A stretch of 64,000 nucleotides of DNA from Alphaproteobacteria bacterium (lineage in GTDB: Bacteria; Pseudomonadota; Alphaproteobacteria; MPNO01). The position numbers and the translations under genes are program-made. The DNA lies in NCBI GenBank assembly GCA_964291675.2, contig OZ219866.1, positions 1,504,001-1,568,000 of the forward strand, in the 5' to 3' direction. The notes under the pieces are model-generated. The model saw only the letters and a list, made by a program, of their open reading frames with translations. It searched no databases and was not told where the DNA came from. Positions within the stretch are counted from its first letter, which is position 1, and each line of letters opens with the position of its first letter. Shown here in pieces: positions 35,698-46,130 of the stretch.

Positions 35698-36978
35698 ATG
35701 CCGCAGCCCTGGATGAAGAACCGCCTGGTCCAGTGGATCGACTACCGCCTGCCGATGTTCTCCTTCGCCGAGAAGGAGCTGATCGACTACCCGACGCCGC
35801 GCAATCTCAGCTACTGGTGGAATTTCGGCTCGCTCGCCGGGATCGTGCTGGTCATCATGATCGTGACCGGCATCGTGCTGGCGATGCACTACACGCCGCA
35901 TGTCGATCACGCCTTCGACAGCGTCGAGCGCATCATGCGCGACGTGAACTATGGCTGGTTGATCCGCTACATCCACACCAACGGCGGATCGGCCTTCTTC
36001 GCCATCGTCTACATCCACATCTTCCGCGGGCTGTACTACGGCTCCTACAAGTCGCCGCGCGAGATCCTGTGGATCCTGGGCGTGGTCATCCTGCTCTGCA
36101 TGATGGCCACCGCGTTCATGGGCTACGTGCTGCCCTGGGGCCAGATGAGCTTCTGGGGCGCGACGGTGATCACCAACTTCTTCTCGGCGATACCCATCGT
36201 CGGCGACACCATCGTGACCTGGCTGTGGGGCGGCTTCACGGTCGACAACCCGACGCTGAACCGGTTCTACAGCCTGCACTATCTGATGCCCTTCGTGATC
36301 GTCGGCGTGGTCGCCCTGCACCTGGTCGCGCTGCACCAGCACGGCTCGAACAACCCGCTCGGCATCGACGCCAAGGGGCCGCAGGACAAGATCCCGTTCC
36401 ACCCCTACTACACCGTCAAGGACATGTTCGGGCTGAGCGCGTTCCTGACGATCTTCGCGGGCTTCGTGTTCTTCGCGCCCAACTTCTTCGGCGAGCCCGA
36501 GAACTACATCCCGGCCGACCCGCTGCTGACGCCGCCGCATATCGTGCCCGAATGGTACTTCCTGCCGTTCTACGCGATCCTGCGCGCCATCACCTTCGAC
36601 ATCTGGTTCCTGTCGGCCAAGCTGCTCGGCGTGGTGGCGATGTTCGGCTCCGTCCTGGTGCTGTTCATCGTCCCCTGGCTCGACCGCTCGCCGGTGCGCA
36701 GCGCGCGCTACCGGCCGATCTACAAGCAGCTCTTCTGGGTGCTGGTGATCGACTGCCTGGTGCTGGGCTGGGTCGGCGGCAACCCGCCCGAGGGCATGTT
36801 CGTGATCATCGGCCAGATCGCGACGCTCTACTACTTCGCCCATTTCCTGATCCTGATGCCGCTGCTCTCGGTGATCGAGACGCCGCGCCCGCTGCCGACC
36901 AGCATCGCCGAGCCGGTGCTGGGGGGAAGCGCCGGGCCGCCGGCGGCGGCGCCGCAGCCGATGGAGAAGGCGCAATGA
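35698..36978 (+). CDS. petB: Cytochrome b
   Basis: [29 protein letters not shown]. Confidence 0.97.
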   Translation: MPQPWMKNRLVQWIDYRLPMFSFAEKELIDYPTPRNLSYWWNFGSLAGIVLVIMIVTGIVLAMHYTPHVDHAFDSVERIMRDVNYGWLIRYIHTNGGSAFFAIVYIHIFRGLYYGSYKSPREILWILGVVILLCMMATAFMGYVLPWGQMSFWGATVITNFFSAIPIVGDTIVTWLWGGFTVDNPTLNRFYSLHYLMPFVIVGVVALHLVALHQHGSNNPLGIDAKGPQDKIPFHPYYTVKDMFGLSAFLTIFAGFVFFAPNFFGEPENYIPADPLLTPPHIVPEWYFLPFYAILRAITFDIWFLSAKLLGVVAMFGSVLVLFIVPWLDRSPVRSARYRPIYKQLFWVLVIDCLVLGWVGGNPPEGMFVIIGQIATLYYFAHFLILMPLLSVIETPRPLPTSIAEPVLGGSAGPPAAAPQPMEKAQ

Positions 36979-37739
36979 GGCGGACCGTCGGAGCCATCCT
37001 CGCCGCGCTCGCGCTGGCCGGCGCGAGCCCGGCCGCCACCGCCGCCGATGCCGTCGCCCCGCCGAGCATGAAGTGGACCTTTGACGGGCTGTTCGGGTCC
37101 TTCGACCGGGCGGCGCTGAGGCGCGGCTTCCAGGTCTACACCGAGGTCTGCGCGGTCTGCCATTCGCTGCGCCTCGTCCACTACCGCAATCTGACCGAGA
37201 TCGGCTTCTCCGAGGATCAGGTGAAGGCGATCGCCGCCGAGGTCGAGGTCGCCGACGGCCCCGACGCCGAGGGCGAGATGTTCGACCGCCCCGCCCGGCC
37301 GAGCGACCGCTTCGTCTCGCCGTTTCCCAACGACAACGCCGCGCGCGCGGCCAATAACGGCGCGCTCCCGCCCGATCTGTCGCTGGTGGCCAAGTCGCGC
37401 ATCGGCGGCGCCGACTACCTCTACGGGCTGATGGTCGGCTACCGGGAAGCGCCGGCGGAGATGGAGATGTCCGAGGGCATGGAATACAACGCCTATTTCC
37501 CGGGCCATCAGATCGCCATGCCGGCGCCGCTGAGCGAGGATTTGGTGGAATACGCCGACGGCACCGAGGCGACGGTGAACCAGATGGCGAAGGACGTGAC
37601 CAACTTCCTCGTCTGGACCGCCGAGCCCGAGCTCGAGGAGCGCAAGCGCATGGGCGTCAAGATCGTGCTCTTCCTGATCCTGCTCACCGGCATGCTGTAC
37701 GCGGTCAAGCGCGCGATCTGGTCCGACGTTCCGCATTGA
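36975..37739 (+). CDS. petC: Cytochrome c1
   Basis: Signal peptide, CAVCH, PPDLS, IAMP, C-terminal TM helix; ATGA overlap with petB. Confidence 0.96.
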   Translation: MRRTVGAILAALALAGASPAATAADAVAPPSMKWTFDGLFGSFDRAALRRGFQVYTEVCAVCHSLRLVHYRNLTEIGFSEDQVKAIAAEVEVADGPDAEGEMFDRPARPSDRFVSPFPNDNAARAANNGALPPDLSLVAKSRIGGADYLYGLMVGYREAPAEMEMSEGMEYNAYFPGHQIAMPAPLSEDLVEYADGTEATVNQMAKDVTNFLVWTAEPELEERKRMGVKIVLFLILLTGMLYAVKRAIWSDVPH

Positions 37740-37781
37740 GCCCGCATTGTGGGGGCCGCCGCCCCAGGGGGGAGAGACGCC

Positions 37782-38669
37782 ATGGCGGAGCCCGGAACGC
37801 CACCGGTTATCGGCATCGTCGGCGGCAGCGGGCTCTACGATATCGACGGGCTGACCGACCGGCGCCGGGAGGCGGTGGACACGCCCTTCGGCGCGCCGTC
37901 CGACGAGATCCTGCTGGGCACGCTCGGCGGGCAGGCGCTCGCCTTCCTGCCGCGCCACGGGCGGGGCCACGCGACGCCGCCGGGCGAGATCAACTTCCGC
38001 GCCAATATCGATGCGCTCAAGCGCGTCGGCGCGACCGAGATCCTGTCGCTGAGCGCCGTCGGCAGTCTCGACGAGGCGCTGGCGCCGGGCACCTTCGTGC
38101 TGGTCGACCAGTTCATCGACCGTACCTTCCGGCGCATCAAGACCTTCTTCGGGACCGGGCTTGTGGCGCATGTGTCGATGGCCGACCCGGTCTGCCCCCG
38201 GCTCGGCGACGCGCTGGAAGAGGCCGCGTCCGGAATCGGCATCGAGACCGTGCGCGGCGGCACCTATGTGGCGATCGACGGCCCGCAATTCTCCAGCCGG
38301 GCCGAGTCCGAGCTCTACCGCTCCTGGGGCGCCGACGTCATCGGCATGACCAACATGCCGGAGGCCAAGCTCGCCCGCGAGGCCGAGATGTGCTACGCGA
38401 CCGTGGCGATGGTCACCGACTACGATTGCTGGCATCCGGGCCATGACGACGTGACGGTGGAGGCGGTGATCGAGGTGCTGCAGGCGAACGCGGCGCGCGC
38501 CCGGCGGCTCGTCGAAGCGGCGGTGCCGCTGCTGGCCGGGCGCGACGCGGCCTGCCCGGCAGGCTGCCATACGGTGCTCGACACCGCGCTGATCACCCCG
38601 CCGGGCGCGCGCGACCCCGGGCTCGCGGCGAGGCTCGACGCGGTGGCGGGGCGCGTGCTCCGGCAATGA
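37782..38669 (+). CDS. mtnP: S-methyl-5'-thioadenosine phosphorylase
   Basis: IVGGSGLY, PRHG, GPQFS, IGMTNMPEAKLAREAE, VTDYDCW. Confidence 0.93.
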   Translation: MAEPGTPPVIGIVGGSGLYDIDGLTDRRREAVDTPFGAPSDEILLGTLGGQALAFLPRHGRGHATPPGEINFRANIDALKRVGATEILSLSAVGSLDEALAPGTFVLVDQFIDRTFRRIKTFFGTGLVAHVSMADPVCPRLGDALEEAASGIGIETVRGGTYVAIDGPQFSSRAESELYRSWGADVIGMTNMPEAKLAREAEMCYATVAMVTDYDCWHPGHDDVTVEAVIEVLQANAARARRLVEAAVPLLAGRDAACPAGCHTVLDTALITPPGARDPGLAARLDAVAGRVLRQ

Positions 38670-39766
38670 AGGTCGACGGGGTCCCCCGGCGGTCGATCCA
38701 GCTCGCGGCCGACGGCAAGACCGTCGAGATCGTCGACCAGACCCTCCTGCCGCACCGCTTCGAGATCGCGCGGCTGTCCACGCTGGAGGACGCGGCGGCG
38801 GCGATAAGCGACATGAAGGTGCGCGGCGCGCCGCTGATCGGCGCCACCGCGGCCTACGGGCTCTGCCTCGCCGTCCGCCGCGACCCGTCCAGGGGCTCGG
38901 TCGAGGCCGCCTGTTCGACGCTTCTCGCGACCCGCCCGACGGCGGTCAATCTGCGCTGGGCGCTCGACGGCATGAAGTCCCGCATCCTCGCCGTCGACGC
39001 GGCGAAGCGGGCCGATGCGGCCTATGCGCGCGCGGCCGAGATCTGCGACGAGGACGTGGCGATCAACCGGGCGATCGGCGAGAACGGGGCGGAGCTGCTG
39101 CGCGACACCGCGGCGCGCCGCGCGGGACCGGTCAACGTGCTAACCCACTGCAACGCCGGCTGGCTCGCCACCGTCGACGGCGGCACCGCGCTCGCCCCGA
39201 TCTACCGCGCCCACGATGCCGGCGTCGAGCTCCATGTCTGGGTGGACGAGACCCGGCCGCGCAACCAGGGCGCCGGGCTGACCGCCTGGGAGCTCGCCGC
39301 CCACGGCGTGCCGCACACCGTGATCGTCGACAACGCGGGCGGCCATCTGATGCAGGACGGCAGGGTCGATCTCTGCATCACCGGCACCGACCGGACCTGC
39401 GCCAACGGCGACGTGTGCAACAAGATCGGCACCTATCTGAAGGCGCTCGCCGCCTCCGACAACGAAATCCCGTTCTACGTCGCCCTGCCCGGCCCGACCA
39501 TCGACTGGACGGCCGAGAGCGGCGCCGACCTGCCGATCGAGGAGCGCGCCGGGGCGGAGGTCGCGACCGCGACCGGCGAGACCGAGGCGGGCGAGATCCG
39601 CACCGTCCGCCTGACGCCGGCGGCAAGCCCGGTCTTCAACCCGGGCTTCGACGTGACCCCGGCACGGTTGGTGACCGCGCTGATCACCGAGCGCGGCGTC
39701 GCCGAGGCGTCGGCGCAAGGCCTGCTCGCGCTCTACCCGGAGCGGCGGCGGGCACAGGCGGGGTAG
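38666..39766 (+). CDS. mtnA: S-methyl-5-thioribose-1-phosphate isomerase
   Basis: DQTLLP, VRGAP, RPTAVNL, THCNAGWLA, DETRPRNQG, NKIGT, FDVTP. Confidence 0.95.
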   Translation: MKVDGVPRRSIQLAADGKTVEIVDQTLLPHRFEIARLSTLEDAAAAISDMKVRGAPLIGATAAYGLCLAVRRDPSRGSVEAACSTLLATRPTAVNLRWALDGMKSRILAVDAAKRADAAYARAAEICDEDVAINRAIGENGAELLRDTAARRAGPVNVLTHCNAGWLATVDGGTALAPIYRAHDAGVELHVWVDETRPRNQGAGLTAWELAAHGVPHTVIVDNAGGHLMQDGRVDLCITGTDRTCANGDVCNKIGTYLKALAASDNEIPFYVALPGPTIDWTAESGADLPIEERAGAEVATATGETEAGEIRTVRLTPAASPVFNPGFDVTPARLVTALITERGVAEASAQGLLALYPERRRAQAG

Positions 39767-39772
39767 GCGGAG

Positions 39773-41803
39773 ATGCACAGCCTCTATTCGGCGCGCGATG
39801 CCGCCCGCACGGTCTCGCGCTACGCGGCCGGGGGCGTCCCGGAGGACGTGGCGCTCCGGGTCTACACCACGAGGCTCTTGGGCGGCGATCCCGCGCTGGT
39901 GCTGCATGGCGGCGGCAACACCTCGGTCAAGACCGCGATGACCGATCTGCTCGGCGAGACGGCCGACGTGCTGTGCGTCAAGGGCTCGGGCTGGGACATG
40001 GCCGATATCGAGCCCGCGGGCCTGCCCGCGGTCCGGCTCGAGCCGCTGCGCCGCCTCGCCGCGCTGGACCGGCTCGGCGACGAGGAGATGGTGGATTTCC
40101 AGCGCGTCAACCTGCTCGACCCGCGCGCGCCCAACCCGTCGACGGAGACTTTGCTGCACGCCTTCCTGCCGCACAAATTCGTCGACCACACGCATGCCGA
40201 CGCGGTGCTCGCGCTCACCGATCAGCCCGACGGCGAGGCGATCTGCCGCGAGGTCTATGGCGGGACGATGGGGCTGGTGCCCTATGTCATGCCGGGCTTC
40301 GCGCTTGCCAGGGCCTGCGCCGCGGCCCACGCCGAGGACCCGTCGGTCGAGGGGCTGATCCTGCTCAAGCACGGCGTGTTCACCTTCGGCGCGACCGCCG
40401 AGGAGGCCTATGAGCGGATGATCGCCACGGCCGACAGGGCCGAAGCGCATGTCGCGCGGCGCCGCGCGAGCGTGCCGGTACCGCGCGTCGCAGCCACCGG
40501 GCCGGACGTGCCGGCCGCCGCGGTCGCGCCCATCCTGCGCGGGCTTGCGAGCGGCGCCGGCCGGCTCGTGCTCGACTTCCGCGGCGGCCCCGAGGTGCGC
40601 GCCTTGGTGGATCGCGAGGGGCTCGAACGCGCGACCTCGGGCCCGGTCACGCCCGACCACGCGATCCGCACCAAGCCGCTTCCGCTGATCCTGGCGCCGC
40701 CCCGGAAGGGCGCGCTGGACGCCTTCGCGCGCGACGCCAGGGCGGCGATGGACGGCTTCGTCGGCAATTACCAGGCCTATTTCGCGCGCAACAACGCCCG
40801 CCAGGCGGCGCCCAAGCGGGCGCTCGACCCCTACCCAAGGGTGATCCTGGTCCCCGGGCTCGGGCTGTTCGGCCTCGGCGCCTCGTCGCGCGCCGCCGCC
40901 ATCGCCGCCGACCTCGCCGAGACCACGGCGCGGGTGATCGCCCAAGCCGAGTCCATCGGCCGGTTCGAGAGCATCTCCGAGGCCGACGTCTTCGATATCG
41001 AGTACTGGTCGCTGGAGCAGGCGAAGCTCGGCAAGGCGGCGGAGAAGCCGCTCGCCCGCCATGTCGTCGCGGTGACCGGCGGCGCGTCGGGGATCGGCCG
41101 GGCGACGGCGGAAGCGTTCGCCGGCGCGGGGGCGGAGGTTGCGATCCTCGACCGCGACCGCGCGGCGGCGGAAGCGGCCGCGGCGGCGCTCGGCGCGCGC
41201 GCCGTCGCCTGCGACGTGACCGATGCCGCCTCGGTGACCGCGGCGTTCGATGCCGTGGCCGAATCCTTCGGCGGGCTCGACATCCTGGTCTCGAACGCAG
41301 GCGCCGCGTGGCAGGGCCGGATCGGCGAGGTCGACGAGGCGGCGATCCGCGAGAGCTTCGAGCTCAACTTCTACGGCCACCAGCGCGCCGCGCAGGCGGC
41401 GGTTCGCATCTTTCGGGCGCAGGGGCTGGGCGGCGTGCTGCTGTTCAACGCCTCCAAGCAGGCGGTCAACCCGGGCCCCGGTTTCGGACCCTACGGCCTC
41501 GCCAAGGCGGCGACGCTGTTCCTGATGCGGCAATACGCGCTCGACCACGGCGCCGAGGGCATTCGCGCCAACGCGGTCAACGCCGACCGCATCCGGAGCG
41601 GGCTGATGACCCGGGCGAGGATCGAGGAACGCGCCCGGGCGCGCGGCGTCTCGACCGAAGCGTACATGGCCGGCAACCTGCTCGGCCGCGAGGTGACGGC
41701 CGACGATGCCGCGCGCGCGTTCGTCGACCTCGCGCTGGCCGAAAAGACCACCGGGGCGGTGCTCACCGTCGACGGCGGCAACATCGCCGCCGCGCTCAGA
41801 TAG
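39773..41803 (+). CDS. Bifunctional class II aldolase / short-chain dehydrogenase (RhaEW-like)
   Basis: GGGNTSVK, KGSG, PSTETLLH, DHTH, KHG in the aldolase part; EYWSLEQAKL linker; TGGASGIG, NAG, YGLAK, VDGG in the SDR part. Confidence 0.9.
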   Translation: MHSLYSARDAARTVSRYAAGGVPEDVALRVYTTRLLGGDPALVLHGGGNTSVKTAMTDLLGETADVLCVKGSGWDMADIEPAGLPAVRLEPLRRLAALDRLGDEEMVDFQRVNLLDPRAPNPSTETLLHAFLPHKFVDHTHADAVLALTDQPDGEAICREVYGGTMGLVPYVMPGFALARACAAAHAEDPSVEGLILLKHGVFTFGATAEEAYERMIATADRAEAHVARRRASVPVPRVAATGPDVPAAAVAPILRGLASGAGRLVLDFRGGPEVRALVDREGLERATSGPVTPDHAIRTKPLPLILAPPRKGALDAFARDARAAMDGFVGNYQAYFARNNARQAAPKRALDPYPRVILVPGLGLFGLGASSRAAAIAADLAETTARVIAQAESIGRFESISEADVFDIEYWSLEQAKLGKAAEKPLARHVVAVTGGASGIGRATAEAFAGAGAEVAILDRDRAAAEAAAAALGARAVACDVTDAASVTAAFDAVAESFGGLDILVSNAGAAWQGRIGEVDEAAIRESFELNFYGHQRAAQAAVRIFRAQGLGGVLLFNASKQAVNPGPGFGPYGLAKAATLFLMRQYALDHGAEGIRANAVNADRIRSGLMTRARIEERARARGVSTEAYMAGNLLGREVTADDAARAFVDLALAEKTTGAVLTVDGGNIAAALR

Positions 41804-41962
41804 CGCGCGCCGAGAAGGGAGGCTGGTATAGGGCGGCTGATGGGTTTTCCGGGCCAAGCAGCCTCGTCCCATTGCCCGCTTCGTGTCCTGCTGTCATCAT
41901 CGTCGAGAGGCGCCGCCGCGGATCAGGTCTATAGGCGCCCAGGCTCGCACGAGCGAAGGTCG

Positions 41963-42637
41963 ATGAGCGAGCAACAGTTGGTGGTAATCTTGGCCTCGTC
42001 CTCGGTCGCGGCCGCCGCTCTTGCCTTTCTTCTCAAGCTGGCGCGTGACTTCGTCGCCGACAAGAGTCGCCAGTCCGCCAGCCTGCGGATCGTGACCGTC
42101 TATGTCCGGCTCGCCGTCAAGGAGTGGGACCACGAGGACATGGACCCTGCTCGCGGGACGGAGCGCAGGGTTGTCAACCTATCGACGATCATCGAGAAGA
42201 TCCGGGAGCCCCGGCGCGAGGGCAGCGAACTGGACCCGTTTACACCCTATATCGCCTTCTCCGCGCATGACGACCTCAGCGTCTCGGAGGTGCGCGATTT
42301 CCTCGGATTCCTGGACAGCACGACTATCGAAAGTGTGGTGGACTTCATCCAAGCCGAAGCGCTGGTCCATGCGCTCGCCCAAGACCTGAGGAGCGAGTTC
42401 GTGCGGCGACAGTTTAGCCAAGAGAGAAAAATCGCCTTGGTGGAACTGATCAGCGACCGGACCGTCTACGCCTACGACGCTGGCCGGAAAGTCCTCCAGA
42501 CTCTCCGGCCCTACGAGACATGTCCTCGACTGCTGTGGTGCCTGCCCTTCGGCTTCCGCATCTGGCGACTGGGCCGCGCGGTCTGCCAAATGGTCCTCAA
42601 AACATCGGCAGGGTGCCGGGTCCGCAGGTGCTCATGA
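41963..42637 (+). CDS. Hypothetical protein with an N-terminal TM anchor
   Basis: 224-aa ORF with a hydrophobic N-terminus and atypical codon usage; no family recognised. Confidence 0.6.
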   Translation: MSEQQLVVILASSSVAAAALAFLLKLARDFVADKSRQSASLRIVTVYVRLAVKEWDHEDMDPARGTERRVVNLSTIIEKIREPRREGSELDPFTPYIAFSAHDDLSVSEVRDFLGFLDSTTIESVVDFIQAEALVHALAQDLRSEFVRRQFSQERKIALVELISDRTVYAYDAGRKVLQTLRPYETCPRLLWCLPFGFRIWRLGRAVCQMVLKTSAGCRVRRCS

Positions 42638-42839
42638 CTGGCTCTCGACGTTGGCGCAAGCTTCATTGTCAATGTGGCCTCCACCGCCAAGACGGTCAAG
42701 CACCATCTCGCGGGCTGCGTCTCCCGCCGCGCCAGGAAGAGCAGAAAGGCGACGACAAGACCGAACCGGAAACGGTTTGACTTTCAATTCCAGAAGAGCG
42801 CTGGGCGTGGACCCGGCGCTTTCTCTGGGCGAACTGCCG

Positions 42840-43514
42840 CTACCCCACATGCTCGGCGAACAGCGCGAGGGCGCGGTCGTGGCAGCGCTGCTCGGCGCCC
42901 CGGTTGTAGACGTCGCGGTCGTCGCAGCAGAAGCCATGCGCGGAATCGTCGTAGACGAAGCTGGGGACGTCGGGGTGGGCGTCGCGGATCGCCTGGACGT
43001 CGCCCATCGGGATCGCGTGGTCCTTGTCGCCGAAATGCAGCTGCATCGGCATGCGCGGCGTGTCGTTCGCCGCCCGCGCGGCGACGCCGCCGCCATAGCA
43101 GCTCACCGAGCAGGCGAGGCTGTCGAGATTGCAGCCGCTGATCCAGGCGACATAGCCGCCGAAGCAATAGCCGATCAGCCCCACCTTGCCCGCATCCGAG
43201 ACCGCCTTCGCCGCCGCGTCCACGTCGGCCAGGATCCAATCGTCGGAGAGCCCGCCGCGCAACCCCCGGCCCTTGGCGAAGGACTCCTCGTCATAGCCGA
43301 GCTCGACGCCCTTCTCCGAGCGGTCGAACAGGGCGGGCGCGATCGCCGCATAGCCCTTCCCGGCGAACATGTCGACGAGGTGCCGGACATGGCTGTTGAC
43401 GCCGAAAATCTCCTGGATCACCACGACGCCGCCCTTGGCGGCTCCCGACGGGTCGGTCCTGTAGGCGTCCAGCGCGTGGCCGTCGCCGGCGGTAAGCGTA
43501 ACGGTCTGTCCCAT
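42840..43514 (-). CDS. Dienelactone hydrolase family protein
   Basis: QEIFGVN, GYCFGG, FGDKD, HGF. Confidence 0.9.
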   Translation of the reverse strand: MGQTVTLTAGDGHALDAYRTDPSGAAKGGVVVIQEIFGVNSHVRHLVDMFAGKGYAAIAPALFDRSEKGVELGYDEESFAKGRGLRGGLSDDWILADVDAAAKAVSDAGKVGLIGYCFGGYVAWISGCNLDSLACSVSCYGGGVAARAANDTPRMPMQLHFGDKDHAIPMGDVQAIRDAHPDVPSFVYDDSAHGFCCDDRDVYNRGAEQRCHDRALALFAEHVG

Positions 43515-43582
43515 GTCCCCGATCTCCCCTGGATGGAATGGATGGCGGCCCGGAACGGGCCCGAGATGGCCGAATTCTAGCG

Positions 43583-44680
43583 TCAAACGTTGAACCGAAA
43601 AAGGATCACATCCCCGTCGCGGACGATGTAGTCGCGCCCTTCGCGGCGCATCTTCGCGGCTTCCCTGGCGGCGACCTCTCCGCCGCATGCCACGAAGTCG
43701 TCGAACGCGACGGTCTCGGCGGCGATGAAGCCGCGCGCGAAATCCGAGTGGATCCTGCCCGCCGCGTCCTGGGCGCGGGTGCCGCGCTCGACCGTCCAGG
43801 CGCGGGTCTCGACCGGGCCCGTGGTGAAAAACGTGATCAGCCCGAGCAGGTCGTACCCGGCGCGCACGACACGGCCGAGCCCGGCCTCTTCCAGCCCCAG
43901 CGTCTCGAGAAATCCGCGCCGCTCGTCGTCGTCTTCGAGCTGGGCGATCTCGGCCTCGATGGCGGCCGAGACGACCACCGACGGCGCCCCCCTCTCCGCC
44001 GCCCAGCGGGCGATTTCCGCCGCGTGCGCATCGCCTTCGGCCGCGGCGTCCTCGTCGACGTTGCAGACATAGAGCACCGGCTTGGCGGTAAGCAGCTGCA
44101 ATTGGCGGAACGGGGTTTCCTCGTCCGCGCCGATCTCCATGTCGAGCGCCGGCCGGCCGTCCTCCAGCAGGGCGATCGCGCGGATCGCCACGTCGCGCAG
44201 CGCCGTCGCCTCCCTGTCGCCGCCCCGCGCCTTCTTGGCCAGCGGATCGAGGCGCCGCGTCAGGCTGTCGAGGTCGGCCAGCAACAGCTCGGTCTCGACG
44301 ATTTCCGCATCCGCGAGCGGATCGACCGAGCCCGCCCGGTCGACATCCCGGCCCTCGAAACAGCGGAGCACGTGGGCGATGGCGTCGACCTCGCGGATAT
44401 GGGCGAGAAACTGGTTGCCGAGCCCCTCCCCCCGGCTCGCCCCGCGGACCAGGCCGGCGATGTCGACGAAGTCGAGCTGGGCAGGGGTGATCTTCGGAGA
44501 CTTGGCCAGCGCGGCGATCCGGGCGAGGCGGTCGTCCGGCACCGCGATGCGGCCGAGATTGGGCTCGACGGTGGAGAACGCGTAGTTCGCCGACACCGCG
44601 GCGCGCGACTGGACGAGGGCGTTGAACAGGCACGATTTCCCGACATTGGGAAGCCCGACGATGCCGCAGCGGAAGCCCAT
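43583..44680 (-). CDS. ychF: Redox-regulated ATPase YchF
   Basis: GIVGLPNVGKS, DIAGLVRGASRGEGLGNQFL, IHSDF, DGDVILFRFNV. Confidence 0.96.
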   Translation of the reverse strand: MGFRCGIVGLPNVGKSCLFNALVQSRAAVSANYAFSTVEPNLGRIAVPDDRLARIAALAKSPKITPAQLDFVDIAGLVRGASRGEGLGNQFLAHIREVDAIAHVLRCFEGRDVDRAGSVDPLADAEIVETELLLADLDSLTRRLDPLAKKARGGDREATALRDVAIRAIALLEDGRPALDMEIGADEETPFRQLQLLTAKPVLYVCNVDEDAAAEGDAHAAEIARWAAERGAPSVVVSAAIEAEIAQLEDDDERRGFLETLGLEEAGLGRVVRAGYDLLGLITFFTTGPVETRAWTVERGTRAQDAAGRIHSDFARGFIAAETVAFDDFVACGGEVAAREAAKMRREGRDYIVRDGDVILFRFNV

Positions 44681-45297
44681 CAGCGCTCGGCCCCGGCATC
44701 TCCCGCCGCCGCCTTCCTGGCCGGCCTGGGCCGGGGGCAGAGCAGCGCCACCCTGGTCATGAAGCCGGGATCGTCGCCGGCGACGGCGAGCGGCAGCGCC
44801 TCGGCGATGGCCTCGGCGAGCTTGGCGAATAGCGGGCGTTCCTCGGCGGCGAAATCGCCCAGCACGTGGCGCTGCACGCGGTGCTTGTCGCCGGGATGGC
44901 CGATGCCGACGCGGATCCGCCGGTAATCCGGCCCGATCTGGGTATGCAGGCTCCGGAGCCCGTTATGCCCGGCATGGCCGCCGCCCTGTCTGATCAGCAC
45001 CTTGCCCGGGGCGAGGTCGAGCTCGTCATGGACGACCAGGGCGTCGCGGGCGCGCAGCTTGTAGAAGTTGAGCGCCGCGCGCACCGCCCGGCCCGACTCG
45101 TTCATGTAGGTCTCGGGCTTGAGCAGCAGCACCCGCGCGCCGCCGATCTCGCCGCTCTGTGCCCGGCCCTGGAAGCGGCGCCTCGGTGCCGAGAAGCCGT
45201 AGCGCGCGGCGATGGTGTCGGCCACGACATAGCCGATATTGTGCCGCTGGCGCGCGTATTTGGGCCCGGGATTGCCGAGCCCGACGACGATCAACAT
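44680..45297 (-). CDS. pth: Peptidyl-tRNA hydrolase
   Basis: VGLGNPG, RHNIG, TYMNESG, HDELD, GHNGLRS, RIRVGIG. Confidence 0.96.
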   Translation of the reverse strand: MLIVVGLGNPGPKYARQRHNIGYVVADTIAARYGFSAPRRRFQGRAQSGEIGGARVLLLKPETYMNESGRAVRAALNFYKLRARDALVVHDELDLAPGKVLIRQGGGHAGHNGLRSLHTQIGPDYRRIRVGIGHPGDKHRVQRHVLGDFAAEERPLFAKLAEAIAEALPLAVAGDDPGFMTRVALLCPRPRPARKAAAGDAGAER

Positions 45298-45321
45298 GGG
45301 TTGCCGGGTCGCGGGGGACCG

Positions 45322-46017
45322 CTACTCCCCGTCGCCGGACGAGGCGCCGTCGCCGGAATCCTCGGCTGCGGCCTCGCCTTCGGTCTCGGCCCCCTCTTCG
45401 CCCTCGCCCTCTTCGCCCTCGACCTCTTCCTCTTCCTCGTCGGCGGCCATCACGGTCGGCGCCGCGATGGTGGCGACGGTAAAGTCCCGGTCGGTGATCG
45501 TGAAGGCCACCCCCTCGGGCAGCGAAATCGCGCTGGCGTGGATCGCATCGCCGATGTCGAGCCCGGTGACATCGATCTCGAACTCGTTGGGGATGTTATC
45601 GGCGGTGCACTGCACCTCGACCTCGTGGCGCACCACGTTGAGCACCCCGCCGCGCTTGAGCCCGGGCGATTCGTCTTCGTTGAGGAACCGCACCGGGACC
45701 GCGACGTCGAGCTTGCGGCTGGCGGAGAAGCGCAGGAAATCGACGTGCAGCGGGGCGTCGCTGACCGGGTGGAACTGCACCTCGCGCGGCAGCACGCGGT
45801 GCTTCTCGCCGTCTACCTCGATGTCGACCAGGCGGATGAAGAAACCCGGCTGGCCGAGCTCGCGGTCGACGACCGGCCGCTCCAGGCTGATCATCACCGG
45901 CTCTAGCTTGTTGCCGTAGATCATGCCCGGAACCCGCCCGTTCCGCCGCGCGGCGCGCGCCGCGCCTTTCCCGGTATCCTCCCGGGGCGCCGCTGCAATG
46001 GTGCTCACCTCGGCCAT
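45322..46017 (-). CDS. rplY: 50S ribosomal protein L25 / Ctc
   Basis: GKGAARAARR..VPGMIYG, QFHPV, HVDF, GLKRGG, acidic tail. Confidence 0.96.
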   Translation of the reverse strand: MAEVSTIAAAPREDTGKGAARAARRNGRVPGMIYGNKLEPVMISLERPVVDRELGQPGFFIRLVDIEVDGEKHRVLPREVQFHPVSDAPLHVDFLRFSASRKLDVAVPVRFLNEDESPGLKRGGVLNVVRHEVEVQCTADNIPNEFEIDVTGLDIGDAIHASAISLPEGVAFTITDRDFTVATIAAPTVMAADEEEEEVEGEEGEGEEGAETEGEAAAEDSGDGASSGDGE

Positions 46018-46130
46018 GACCAGATGCCTCTCGTCTCGGGGCCCGCGCGCCCTGCCCGCAAGTGCCGGCGGCGCCCGCCTCGGGTCCCGGTTGTCCCTTG
46101 GAGCGCGGCCTTTTATCGCCTCGCCGGGGA

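Noticed and set aside
39773-41803. Rhamnose catabolism locus
   Set aside because: No rhamnose isomerase, kinase or transporter is in the window, and the gene is operonic with mtnP-mtnA.
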